Shown: positions 47,401-60,500 of the stretch, piece after piece
Layout: every line of letters begins with the position of its first letter
Position numbering within the stretch: the stretch's first letter is position 1
Source of the DNA: Catajapyx aquilonaris
Taxonomy: Eukaryota
Direction of reading: 5' to 3'
DNA: 64,000 nucleotides
Assembly: GCA_000934665.2 (NCBI GenBank)
Contig: JYFJ02001747.1
Span: 1-64,000, forward strand
The notes under the pieces: model-generated
Databases searched by the model: none
Told to the model about the DNA's origin: nothing
The model's input: only the letters and a program-made list of their open reading frames with translations
Made by a program: the position numbers and the translations under genes

Positions 47401-50400
47401 TGTTGTTATTATTATTTATGTCCTGAACTTGCTCTAGGAAGAAATCTGAGCTGTAGACATATGAGCACACAAAAATTTTTCTCCCCCACGGACCAACAAC
47501 TGCTGATGATAGAAAAAAAAGCTAAAAATGGGCAGCCGGTTGTTTCCGTTGCAGGCAGTCAGCCTATGTTATGCTAACCGGGGATGGGTGTAAAAAGATC
47601 CTTCTCGGGAGGCCGAATTATGTGCGTCGGTCGGTGTTTGACTCATCATACTCTGGAGAAGGGGAGGACCTCGTGGCGGAAAAAGGGGTTAGTGGTTATG
47701 CCATTTGTCTCCGGCTCATCACCCAAGGAAAGAGGACGATATCGTCCTGTTTTAGTTCAGCAACTTAAAAATAACAGGACCTCAAAAAAAAATGTTCAAT
47801 GGTAGGTCTTAATTCTTGGCACGATTCCAGGCACATTATTTTATACTGTGGTTGATGGCCCCTCATAAATTGTCTAAATATGACACGTGATTATCGGTGT
47901 AATCTTTGCGGAATATTCTAGACGTCCGCTTGTAATGACTTTAATAGTTGCAAATTTTCTTTATAGCCCGTCATTGCCGAAATGTTCAAATTACGTGGCC
48001 GAGTATGCTTTGTGCATATTCAGAGGATTGATATATTCATCACCAGCCTGTAACATATGATTTGGAAGCCGCCTTTGTTGCGTAAAAAAATCGATGTGCA
48101 CTTTTTTTCTTCGGATATCTAATGATGGGAAGGATTATGGCATGAGAACTGGCGTTGTTGAAGTCGAGCTCACAATTAGTGCTTATCAATAGGTTAATTG
48201 CTGCAGTTATCGGTATGGTCAGCCTAATGTGTATACAATTTTGCTAGAACAAAGCATTCTAGAGGCAATCGTAATGCCTTGAATTACTAACATTAATAGC
48301 GTGTTATTGCGTAACTAACTGTTCCTTACTTGCTTTTTGGGGAAATAATCCATCACTATATTCCTACTCTTTAAACTGGGAGTTGGGCATTATGTAACGT
48401 ACCGTCTACGTAATCTGAATAGGCGCTATATTTAGCCCCGAGTTTATTGTGCATCATGTCTATACCTGTATGGTAGCCTGTAGGCGGACGGCAACTGATT
48501 CAGAGATCAAATAAAAAGCTTTAAAAAAATGAAAAGAGAGCGGAGAAGTCTCAATTGAAAAGCAGACCTCAATATCCCGGCCAATAACAGACGAACCTCA
48601 TCAACTTCATCTCTCTCTTTGAATCAGTCTACAGTACACGTTTGGTAAGAAAAAGGCCTGGCAATGCATGCAGTCTTCAAAGACCCAAATCCATTCCACA
48701 GACATTTGCGATATGCTCCACATAAAGGGCAGGCATTAGGGCCAATACCACCAAAAGAGATTGCTGATTCATCTAATCATTCTAATGGATAGGGGCATCG
48801 GTACCAGCCACTACCACCCACCAGACCATCCACAAAAATATTTCTTCTGAAACAAAGAGAATACGCGCTCAATTTATGCAATGAAGTCACTTATATGGGA
48901 TCTACTGATTGTTTCGTCCTCGTGCCCCGGGATCCAAATAATTGTGATATCATCGCTCTACAAATCTCAACTTTTCCTCCCAGTTGGCCCTCACTTTACT
49001 ACGCTAAGTGAGCAGTCGAGTGTTGTCCACCTGCAAGTACGTCTCATTTTAAACGGAAATTACCCGCAAAAAAATTAGTATCCGGGTTAGAGTCGGTCCC
49101 ACAAACCTTGAACTTCAGGCCACCAGCCGATTATATACGCATAAAGCTCCTGGAGTTAAGATAACAACCAAACAAGGCACCACAAAACATACCCTGCAGT
49201 TCCAAGCTAAACGAGGTTATCTCTTCCACCCATAAGAAAATGTAGAAAAATAAGAATTGTTATGAAATAACTAGGGGTCGTTGGCACTGGGTCGGGGGTT
49301 ATATTGGTTGGGAACTGAACTGAGGGGGGGTTGAATAGGGGAGATTGTGTGTACACTTGCGCGCCTAGTGGAGTTGGCGATGACAGGAGGAGAGGTGGGA
49401 CCCAGTGGTGTTGTGACTGAGTGTGCAGTTGGCTGGCAGCATTCGCCAGCCGATGACGGACACGGTTCCATGGGTGAAGGAGCTACTCTTGTACACGCCG
49501 CAGATACACCAGCTGGAAGACAAGGATATGTCAACGATGCTCAGTTCGGGTAAGGTGGGGACATTTACAGGTTGGACCTGTTGCTTTTGGGACGTTTGAA
49601 TTTGGCGGGAGTCGGTCACGGTAATCGATGCGTGGTTACAGGTTATCGTTTCTGGCGGAGGGTGTTGAATATGTATTGGTCGTTGCGGTCGGATGGGACG
49701 TGTTTAGTGTAGGGTATTGCATGGGTAGTGGTCGTGTCAAGGTGCAATTGTGGGACGACTGGTGGGGGAAAATTCTTAGAAACAACCAAAAAGTACCGTA
49801 CCTAAAATATAGCTAATAATATAATACACTTATTTGGAAATTCTACCTAAGTGCTATATGCAGATGCGACTTTCTCGAAATTACTTTTATAACAATACCA
49901 TTGGTAATTGATTTTATTCATCTTTCCATCACTTGTGTCTCCCGGCCCATACAATTTGTGGAAAGGGGGTTCACTCTGTTCACATAGTTTCTGTATTGTA
50001 TAGGTCAGTTAAATATTCGTGTACCACTGCATTGGTAAGAAGCAAGATTCCAGTTTTCCAAATATTGATAACTACATCAGGTACAGAGTATTGTGTGGTG
50101 CATTGGGTGTAAAACGAATCCAAAATGGTATAGAACACAGGGAGATGACAACTGATATTCAGCTCAAAACATATGCATCAATTAATTACTTCAATGCTGA
50201 ATCTTCATGGCTGAGGTGAAGGATTGTGTAACTGTGTCATGAGCTGCTATACTAATTGCCTTATCTCTATTCTCACAAGGACAGCGGCACTAATTTTGTT
50301 ATGACACGATAGCATGTAAGCTTATTGGCACTTATTAGTGTTTGGTTCGGCTGCTGTGATATTAGTCAAAGCTACCGCAATTTATCATTTACTAATAAAC

Positions 50401-52110
50401 ATGTTTTTAATTTGCATAACGCTCACAAAAATAGTATCGCCATTTAAACTGCTCTTAAACACAATTAGTTGTTTACAGGTAACGAAAAGACAGATTACGC
50501 GAATAATGATCACCACTAGTGTTACGGTATATTTTCAAAGACATGAGCTCGTGAAATTGGAGCTACACGTAGACGTCATTGCCGTATTATAAAGGTCACG
50601 GTACACTATAAAAGCATAATGTATTTTCCAGGCATAACATAGGGCAGTATTCACATCTTGTTTGCGCATGAGTATATTGATCGGTGATTGTTATTATAAT
50701 GTCTTTGAGACTTTTCCGATAAACAAAGTTCGAAACGCCGTGTGCCTGCTTCTGTTCTCATTTTCAAAGTACAGTATATAGCAGTGTTCATATACGATAC
50801 AGGTTAATTGGCAAACTAACTCACCAGTTCACGGTGGAACTATACAAACCTGAACACCACGAACGTCGTTGTTTCACCGCCTCAGACCTCCAAGTGCATT
50901 AGTCATTAGGCCATTAAGATTAATGAACGAACAAGGAGGCGTAATTACTTTTAATTTGCCGACACAAGAGGAGGGTCAGCACGCTTTGAAATGCACACTT
51001 GAACCTCACATTTTCTGCAAAATCATGCTGATGACTGGAACACTTCGGAGTCATTCTACTGCGGGTAATAAAAGAAATAGTCTCATTCACTCGATGTGAG
51101 AAGCACGTGCGGATGAAAGACATTTGTAAACAGCAACAATAACAACTGATTAGTTGCTTTCCCCCGTGCCCATTGGTAGAGATATGAAGAGTCGTTACAT
51201 CTGCAACTGGAAGAAGCAACTGACTCTTATCCAGATTCAGGTGGTTTTAATAACGCGATGGGTGACAGTATGGTAATCTTGACCCTCAAATGGAACTCCT
51301 GACTCCACTATTACATTACAAACTAAATCAATACATGGGCAATGTAATATTTCATACACTTGAACAAACTCAGCCTTTTATTAATTTCAAACAGTTGACG
51401 ACCAATATGAGTCAGTAAATTCTCCTGAAACTAATTTGTCTGGGACAACATCTGATAACATCTCAGGTCCCACGTGCACTGTACCCTTTCAGGTGTCAAA
51501 CTGGTGAAAGGCACCATTTAAAGTGCAAACTAATCATCTTAACTGAATGCACCGGAACCACTAGCAGGGACTGGGTGTCGAATTTCAAGAGGTCAGAAAT
51601 TTGTAACGGGACAGCAAAGGGTCATTAGGTTTGCCTTTTCTCGCCCCTCTGGCACCATGCTATGCGCAGCTGAGTCCTATATATACTGTTCACACTATAC
51701 AAAATTAATCACATTCTTGCATATGAACACCTGAAATACACAGCGATCAGAGTCACTATTTCTGGATGCAATTGTTTGAAGGTTGAATGTAGAATTATTC
51801 CAAATTGATAGTTTGCTGATAATTAAATTTAATTGTACTTGCTCATAACCCAATTTCGACACAGGTCGTGTAATCAGAATTTCGCATAATTTTTGCCATG
51901 GTTAAGATAAATATTTTGCCCGCCCATAAAAAATAACTGCTTACTCTCATAAGGCCACAAAGCTCGTTTGTTACCCACCACCCTAGATGGAAAAAAAAGT
52001 CCTCGCCAAAATAAACAGCTAAAAAACCGAAACAGGATCGTGGTTTCTTTTCAGCCGTGTCGAGAAATGAATCAAGCTACGATCCTCCGGAGAGCTTTGT
52101 GGGCGTGGGC

Positions 52111-54582
52111 ATGATGGAACCTTTCGCCAGCAGCCCATCATCCCTGCTGCTGAAGGAAAAGGACGCAGTATCAGAGGCCAGTCTGGTGGCCTTGCTCTCG
52201 GTCCCGGTCTTACACCAGGAGACTTCCTTGTCGGAACACAATCACCAGGAACCCAACAACCGAAAGAGGAGAAAGACCGGTGGGAACAGGACGACCTGCT
52301 GGTACGACCAGGATTCGCCGCCACCGGTGACCATGAGTACGCTGACTGGGGCAGCCCCTGGAAAGAACGGGGGGCAGAGGTGCACCAACGGGAAGGACGT
52401 GCAGTCTGGGAGGTACAGGTCACAGGCCAACGCCAGGGAGAGAGACAGGACACACAGGTAAATACAGGGTGGCGGATTGCCCAGGTACACTAGTTCAATA
52501 ATGCTGGAGACTTGGGCACTGCACCATCCTGTATGTGAAGCACATTGTAATGCATGTTCCGACCTTGTGGGTTCAAGCAAATGTCGTTGCCTTTGACTGT
52601 GTAGAAACGACGATGATCGGCGCTGATACGTTGATCCAACCACAACGATACAAAGACAACGATGCTTGTGTGTACCACAATATTTCAAAAGAGCAGCACG
52701 CACCGCAAATTCGTTCTTAGAGTCATGTTTTTGCAGTTGTCCAGGTTGGATTTAAAAAAATTAAAAACAGGCGTTGTTGACGGGCATATCATACGTAATT
52801 ACGGGCAGTAAACAATCAGAGTGCCGTCAGCGCCATTGGACGCTCCTAACCATCCCCGAGGGCCTTGTTCAATTCAATCCGTTCTGTTGGAAAAGCCCCA
52901 CGTTGTCATATAAACCGCATGTTTTTTCATTTATAATTTTTGCCAGCGAATTTGCCCGGGGTTAATGTTATACTGTCATATTGACTGATTCCATAGAGTT
53001 TTGGCCTTTTCAAAATCATGTGCTGTGTTTGGGCAAAAATATTGTATCAGTAGCATATAGTTGTTGACAAAAATTTGGGAGGCTGGACATTTGCCCCCCA
53101 CCCCCTTTGGCGTGGTTTTTCCTGTGCGGTCACTACGCAGCCCTCCTCGTGGCCTCCGCAGCGTGAACAGCGCCTTCACCACCTTGAGAACTTTAATCCC
53201 AACCGAACCAGCTGACCGGAAGCTCTCCAAAATCGAGACCCTTCGGTTGGCATCCAGCTACATCTCACATTTGGGTGCACAGCTTTTGGCAGGTTAGTTA
53301 CTTCTTGCATTTCTCAAATTGTTGTGGTCAGGGATCAATCGTTGACTAGCATTATTAATTAAGTTGGAGGAAAATACACAGTATTAATATCGGGTTAGAT
53401 TAAATTTTCTTACTGCTAGTATATATCCATGTTTGTGAAAGACAAAAAAATGTGAAGGGCCTGTTGAAACGTTTGATATGTGGCATATAATTATCCTTGG
53501 TAGGGGGACAGTGGAAAGGGTTGGTTCAGAAAGTGTCTGTATAGCGTCAGTTGACAAGTGGAAGGGATCGAGTGAGGCTCATGTGCGGCGTGAAGTGAGA
53601 TGGCCCACAATTCTTTAAAAAAAACTGACCCCCCCCCCCCCCAAGCCTTTGCATATCATCTNTACAACTTGTGCACGTTTTAACGCCTTTCCTGTTTCCC
53701 ATCTGTTGGCCATTTTGCGCTACGTAACACTCAACATGATCCAGTTCCGAAAATATTTTCACAGCAATGCCTTAGGTCAAAACCTGTTGAGATTTATTCT
53801 TCACATGCAGACCAACTGTGTTCGCATTTTATTGGCTAGCAGTCTGAGAGAAACAGATTTTTTTGTGTAAAAAAATCACGAAGCACGTGTGTGATGCGGA
53901 ACAAAGAGTCCATTTATGAAATTCTCAGTGGCATATTCCTCTGCATTACAGGACATGTAGACCAACCATGTCTTCGTCCTGGGCAAGTTGGTTATTCGAA
54001 TGAATCACCACGCCCTGTTTGTACCTTCTGTTTGTCAAGTATGAAGAAGATGGTAAGTACACTATTTTTCTAGCACTCACTCCCATCTCGTAACTTTACT
54101 CCAACAATATGAAATTTTGTGGCACGAATTGTAATGTAAGGCTTGATTTTTGCTAATGATAAACGCTAATATGAACTGTCAGAAATTGGAGAATTATCTG
54201 TTTTATTATTTACACGGTGCTATAGTTATTTACATGAATGTTCGTCGGCGGTAAAGCGTTTTTTCTGCCTGCTTTTCCTCCACTGACAATGAAACCTACT
54301 GTACTTGTAACCATTTACAGCACAAAAGTCTGGGTTCTCAGACTTCACTTTTTTTTCTACCAAAGAATGCCATGGAGCATTATAGTGGTAGAGCTTTGTC
54401 CAGAGACTCGTGACTGACTGAATCTAAATCCTTCTTTTCAGAAGACAAGTCCTGATCCCTTCGCTTCGTATCACTCGCAGCCAATCCCTGTTTCCCAGGG
54501 AAACACTCTTCCTCCGCTGGCTTACGTCAAGCAGCAGCAGAGCAACAAAACGACAGAAAAGCTGTGCACATATTTTTATTGA
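52111..54582 (+). CDS. Paraxis/scleraxis (TCF15/SCX)-class bHLH transcription factor; exons 52111-52457, 53162-53292, 53952-54052, 54442-54582 (N-terminus may extend via the acceptor at 52054)
   Basis: [51 protein letters not shown] plus the C-terminal [10 protein letters not shown] motif characteristic of TCF15/SCX. Phase-consistent GT-AG introns. Confidence 0.92.
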
Positions 54583-57500
54583 CTCTTGTTCATCTCATGT
54601 TTTTTTGTATATAAAGTACCTGCACAGTCGTTGTACTTCAATTCCACGCACCGTTATGCCCTTCCAGATCAGAGTTTGTGACTGTGTAATATTATTGCAT
54701 GGGAAATTTTTTATTTGGAACTTGGATGTTGCAGTATTACTAGGTTGAAAATCATGTTGTTTCACTATACGTATGAGGAAGAAATGTTTTGAGAAAATGT
54801 TGTTTCGCAGACTACCTACTGAAACTTGTATTTGGACTGAAAGGCATGGTGTAATTCATATTGCAGATCTCTTGATGCGACTTTAATGTTTATTCTTGGG
54901 ACCACCAAAGGAATGATAACTTATCATTGTTATTATATGTAAGTGTACTGTGCATGTGACTCCAACAAACATCTCCACGTGGCATTATCACTTAAATGTG
55001 TAAATAAATCATTATGCGTGAAGCGTAATTAGAAAAGGTGACTGTCCAATTGGGCAAAAAATGGCATTAATGCAACCTTCACAGAAAGCTGGCATGTGTG
55101 AAATATTAGTTGAGAACCTGCATCGCTTGTCAAGAGGAGTATGTCTGTGAGCAGTGGTAAGTACTGTATGCACTATCCGTGATAGATGCAGTAGAAGGGA
55201 AAATAGCATGTTATTGATAGTTTAATGCCTGTTTAACAAAGGCGAACACTGGTATTTAAAAAAAATGTTGACTCAAAATTGGCACTTTGGTATAAAGTCA
55301 GGCGATGATGTGTAATTATTAGAATCTGCTCCATCACCAAGGTTCAAAATGAATGCTCTATACAGCATAGGTACCATTAGAGAGCCCTTGGGCTGGAAAA
55401 GAAGGTACAGTACTACACTTACATTCGACTTGAACAAGCCGAAATGAGTTTTTTTTTTTGGTATTTTCCAGTTTTGGCCTTACATTCAGTAGAAGGGTAG
55501 AGCAATTGACGTTGAATGAGGAAGTAGCTAAAACGGCAAATTGTAAAATTTAGGAGAGAGTCAAGATCGATCATTTCGTATCAAAATGTGGCTGTCCTGA
55601 TTCTCCTGAAAGTTACGCCACATGACATTTGATAGAAAATATCAGACTATGTACCCTACCCTACCCGAGGGGCAGTTGTGTCGTGCAGCGTCCAGACGTA
55701 GTCACGAATGTAAGGCTACGCACTAATTTCTGACATATAGACCTATCAGAATCAAAATGATTTCGATACGTGACATTTTGGCCCTATAGGAAATTTTTCA
55801 TTCACTTTTAAAATAGGGGAGCGTAAATAGACTGAAATTAATTTGACCGTCAAAAAACATAAACCAAGCTGCAAGAAAACAGGTATGCAAAGAAATGGCT
55901 ATGCGGTATATATATATTTTTAAATGCTTTTCGCCTGTATAATATACTGCAATCTGTACCGTGTACGTACCAGGTACGTACAGTACAGTCATGGCAGTGC
56001 AGAGAGTATCAATTTGGACACCAGGTGGTACTATAGCCTTCCTCAGGGACCATAGTTCAAGAAACATCCCACAGATGCTGCCATCATACCAGCAGGAGCT
56101 TCACAGGCTGGGTCCCTGGAACAAAACCAACCCCAGCAAGGCGCCCATAATGCCGTGTCCACAAGTTTTCCACGCACAGGTGCATACACGCATATATTTG
56201 ATAGCGCCGTTTAATCCGTCGACCGTGAGAACCAGAGACCCCTGCTGCGTGACAGGCGTCCCTTTTTTTAAAAATGTCACTGTTGGTTTGCCGGAGATGT
56301 TGGCAGCTCCATTGGATTATTTCTGGTTGTCATTTGTCTGGGGAGGATCCCTTCCACTTTCGTCCGAGACAAAAGGGCCCTGCATCGGATGTTTCAATTA
56401 GGCCCGCTCTTGTGGCACGTCCATTCATCAAGCCTCCCCACCACCACTGATACCACCGCAGATCTTCTCTGGGATAGACTCCCAGTGATTTATTTTGCCT
56501 AATGGCGGGCGTCCAATACCTTGTAATTACCTCCGACCTCTGATGGGACCTTTTTTTTTATCCACAAAACAACTCGAGATATATCTTGGATTCCGGGACT
56601 CGTCCTTTTTTTTGTACACATTTGGACTGGTAAAATTCCGAGATGGAAAAGCCTAATATGAAGGCATGACTAATTTCCCCCCAACACATCATCAGTTGTC
56701 ATCTCAACTGGAATAATTCCCCGACAATGTCACGAAGTGGGCCCAGCTGCCTCTCTCAGCTATGATGGATGAGGGTCATCCAGGATGTCATTTGGGTGAC
56801 CTCCGACCAACTCTCGGAGATGAGTTTCCCCCTGTGGGTCACCGTGTCTCAACTTTCTGTGACAACAGGATTACGCGACCAGACAACACCATAAAGTGCT
56901 AGCCAACCGCCATAACTCGCATCGAGTGGCTCATATACGCACAGTACATCGTAATGAGTCTAATTACAAAGAGAATGTTGCAAAAATGCTATATAACTGA
57001 TGGTTCAGGTGAGTCATAACGTGCTCAAATTATGTACCGAGCAATATGGGCAACGTGTCGCAAGAAGTCGTGTGAATTCGCTTGACACGTGGACAGAAAG
57101 AGTGTCAAGGAAGAGGAGACTTCGTGATTGGCCGGCCAATTAAAGGTGTTCTGTGCAAAAAGCGGCCAGGTCTCCCGGTGGCACATGATTATAATTCAAA
57201 CAATTTCATTTTACGACAATGGAAGCCCCTGCATTATACGACATAAAGAATTGGAGGACCATAAAACTGCTATACCAGACAAGCTTATTAAGACATGGTC
57301 ACATCTTAATAAGAAGACTCTAGACATGAAATATGAGCGATAACGATAGGGTTACCCCCTCACCAAGTAAGCCATTGCTCAGGTGTTTGGATCTAATGAG
57401 CCCCGAACCGCATTGTGGGTCACCACTCTAGAGGGCATAATTCACCAATCAGCCGAACATAAATCCATTGGTGCATGTATGTATTTGAACCAAGGAATCC

Positions 57501-60500
57501 GGAGGTAGGAATGTGACGGCTCCCGACTGAATACTAATTGAAGAGTAATTATCCACGTTACCGGTTTATAGCCCGGTTTTACGAGACGATCGTGGCCGTC
57601 AACGTCGCGGGTTTGTACGAATCAAAACCTGTGCAGCTCCCTACTTTTGCTCGATATTAACTGAAATCGAGCGGGGAAACAGCTGGGGATGGAATCGATA
57701 ACGGTAATCAAGTCGTTAAATGACTTTTGTCTAAAGGTTGCCGCCACTTTGTGTTTTATATTCCTTTCCTCTGCCATTCGCTCCTTCATATCTCCCACAG
57801 CTGCCAGACCTCTATAAAGAATTTTTATTTCCCCTCCCTACGCGACATAAACCCGCTCTTTATCCGCACTTTGGACACGCTTTAACAGCCTTACGACACA
57901 TCCTTACACTTACGACACACACAAAAAGAGGCGACGAGACATCGGCAAGGTCTGCCAGAAGCAACACGAGGCACATTGCTCGTGCGATAATTTTTTAAAC
58001 AAAATTTCTACTTGGCTGTTTCCTGTTTGAGTAGGAAGTTTGTGCTCTCTGCAGACACATTTTAAGCGTGTCAATATTGACCCAGAGTCGGTCAGTACAG
58101 CAAACATGGCGCTGAGAGAAAGATTTTCCCGCTGCTTAAATAAATGGGGGACGACTCTGGGAATGGACGAGTTGTGTCTGAAAGGAATTAAACAAGCTCG
58201 TAAAAACCGCGACACATTCTTCTTCTTGGGAACAGAAAATGAAAACCAAATGTTGCCAATTAGACCTACTTCTAAATGACGTTTTATACCTAATGCAACC
58301 GATAGTGAAATTGTTCCATAATCCTGTGTAGTCCCTATTAATTCTTGGTCGTAATCCTATCAAGTTGGAATTGGATACCATTAATATTACGACACAGTGC
58401 TTAGTAATAAATCTGAGCTTGTTTCCTCGGCATTATATTGCCAGCAGCAGGCACGTAAATCGCAGCTGGAGGAAGCTGCTGGATGGACCTCCCATCTGCC
58501 CTATTATCTCGCTTCAACGGCGGCTTCTTCCTATACGTGAGGTTACTCCAGGGTGAATGAGGAATGCTCGTGGCATTCTTCCTCCACAGCAGCATGTGAG
58601 CTGGTTGGCTCCCATTATTACAATGCCCAAAGTTATGCAAGGGCGCCTTGTGTTTCAACTCCGAAGCTAATGAATCAATATTTGGTTAGTGTATCTTGGA
58701 CCGGAAAAAATGTACATCCGTTTGATGCACTGTACAACGAAAACGAATTATATAGACTGTTCACTCTAGCAACCAGTGAGACGTAATAATCACAACAAGT
58801 GGACGTTCCTGATTGTTCCTTCCAGACTGGACATAATTTCCTTTCTCTAGACTTTGGACTGGGAAATTGGACAGTGAATCACAGCATATGTTGTAATTTC
58901 TTTACAGTATATTGTGGATAAAATATTGAGGTGCCAACCGAGGGTAGTAATGTGTAAGATGCTTGGAATTAATGTCTAAGAGAAAGTAACGAGGTGTCAC
59001 CCTTCTTTGCGGTGAAAAAGTCACTTGATTGGAGGAGTTTAATACATTGTGCTCTCCAGCATTTCTGGAGGGCAAATAACAATTTCCGTACCGAATTTAT
59101 AAGAATTATTTAATAAGTATGGTATTTCCAAACTGTATAGGACATAATTATCTACTCTTAGAACTACCGTTGTTGAGAGTCTTTCTCGGCCGTGGTCATC
59201 ATTGTCACTGTACCTTCAGCAGTCCCCATGTCTTATACAGTAGTTTCTTATAAATACAATATTCTGAAATAAATCGATATTTGCTCACACTTTCTGTTCA
59301 AATGTCTTTGACATCGCTATGTAAAATAATTGTTCGCAATTTTCTGAATTGCACACTTTCATGCTTACGGGAGCATTATGTATTATAAATCAATGCATAC
59401 GTCCGTGGGAATTGTAATAAATTGCAATAAGTATAGGTTTACTTTTCAAAAAATTACCCGCGCGGTAAGAACGTTTCACATTTTACAGCCCCTTCAAAAC
59501 TTCGTGTCTACATGCGTGGGTGGTTTTAACTTCAAGAAAGTGTGGAGCATATATACCCACAATTGGCTGCACGCCTTGGCTCCAAGTTATGATGCCGATG
59601 CATGCGCATTCCTATCCGGAGTACATTTCGATGTCAACGTCAAAAACCACAAGTTTTCACCAATGCAGAACGATCGACACCTAACAGTTACCCCCCAGTG
59701 ATATTTGGTGCCCCTTAAACCACGCAATGATATAATCCTTCGAGTTCCAGGGAGGATTTATGGCTTTACCTTGGCGACAAGTGGGTCGAGCAGGGCGAGG
59801 TGGACAGTTGCAGTTATGTCCACTTTACTACTTACTACTGCCGAATGCGACAGCGACCTCAATCGCGACAATTTATTCCGTACCGATTTCACTGTTAATG
59901 CCCACCATTTCCTTTCCTAATGGAGGAAAATCTACACTTATACGCTATTGGACTTGAAACGATCACTTTCTTGCCCGTATATATTATTGGTTGTGTCATG
60001 CTGACCAGAAGATGATGACGTAGGAGAAAATATTGATATGTAACTGGTACCTCCCCCTCTCATGAATATGCATCTAGCAATGCTACAACATGTCAATGCA
60101 GTGAATGTAGTCTGATTAAGGACGTTATTAACTCAGAGAAAAATAATCATCAGCATGTAAAAGAGCCACCTAATGGATTCCACTAATGATAAATATTCCG
60201 CAGCATTGCAAATCATTCTGACAGTAAATTCATCTCTAATTATTTGCAAGTATGCACCATCGCAATTATAAAACCAGTTAGCGGATGCCATTACACATTT
60301 CTTTAAAATTCCACGACCATGACACCACATTTTAGACAATTTTTCCCCCAGTGTCCTCCTTTCACCCATATTGTCACATTCTGGACCACACATACCCACC
60401 GAAAATGTCGTTCATAAAGTTTCGATAGAAGGATAGAGAGAGAGAGCTAACAGACAGATGAAGCGGGTGGGGACACATAGGAGGGGATATATGTTGATAA

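Noticed and set aside
46811..47437. 208-aa plus-strand ORF
   Set aside because: No recognisable domain, biased composition and no consistent splice context.
53629..53662. Poly-C run and an ambiguous N in a bHLH intron
   Set aside because: A local sequence-quality issue; it is intronic and has no coding effect.
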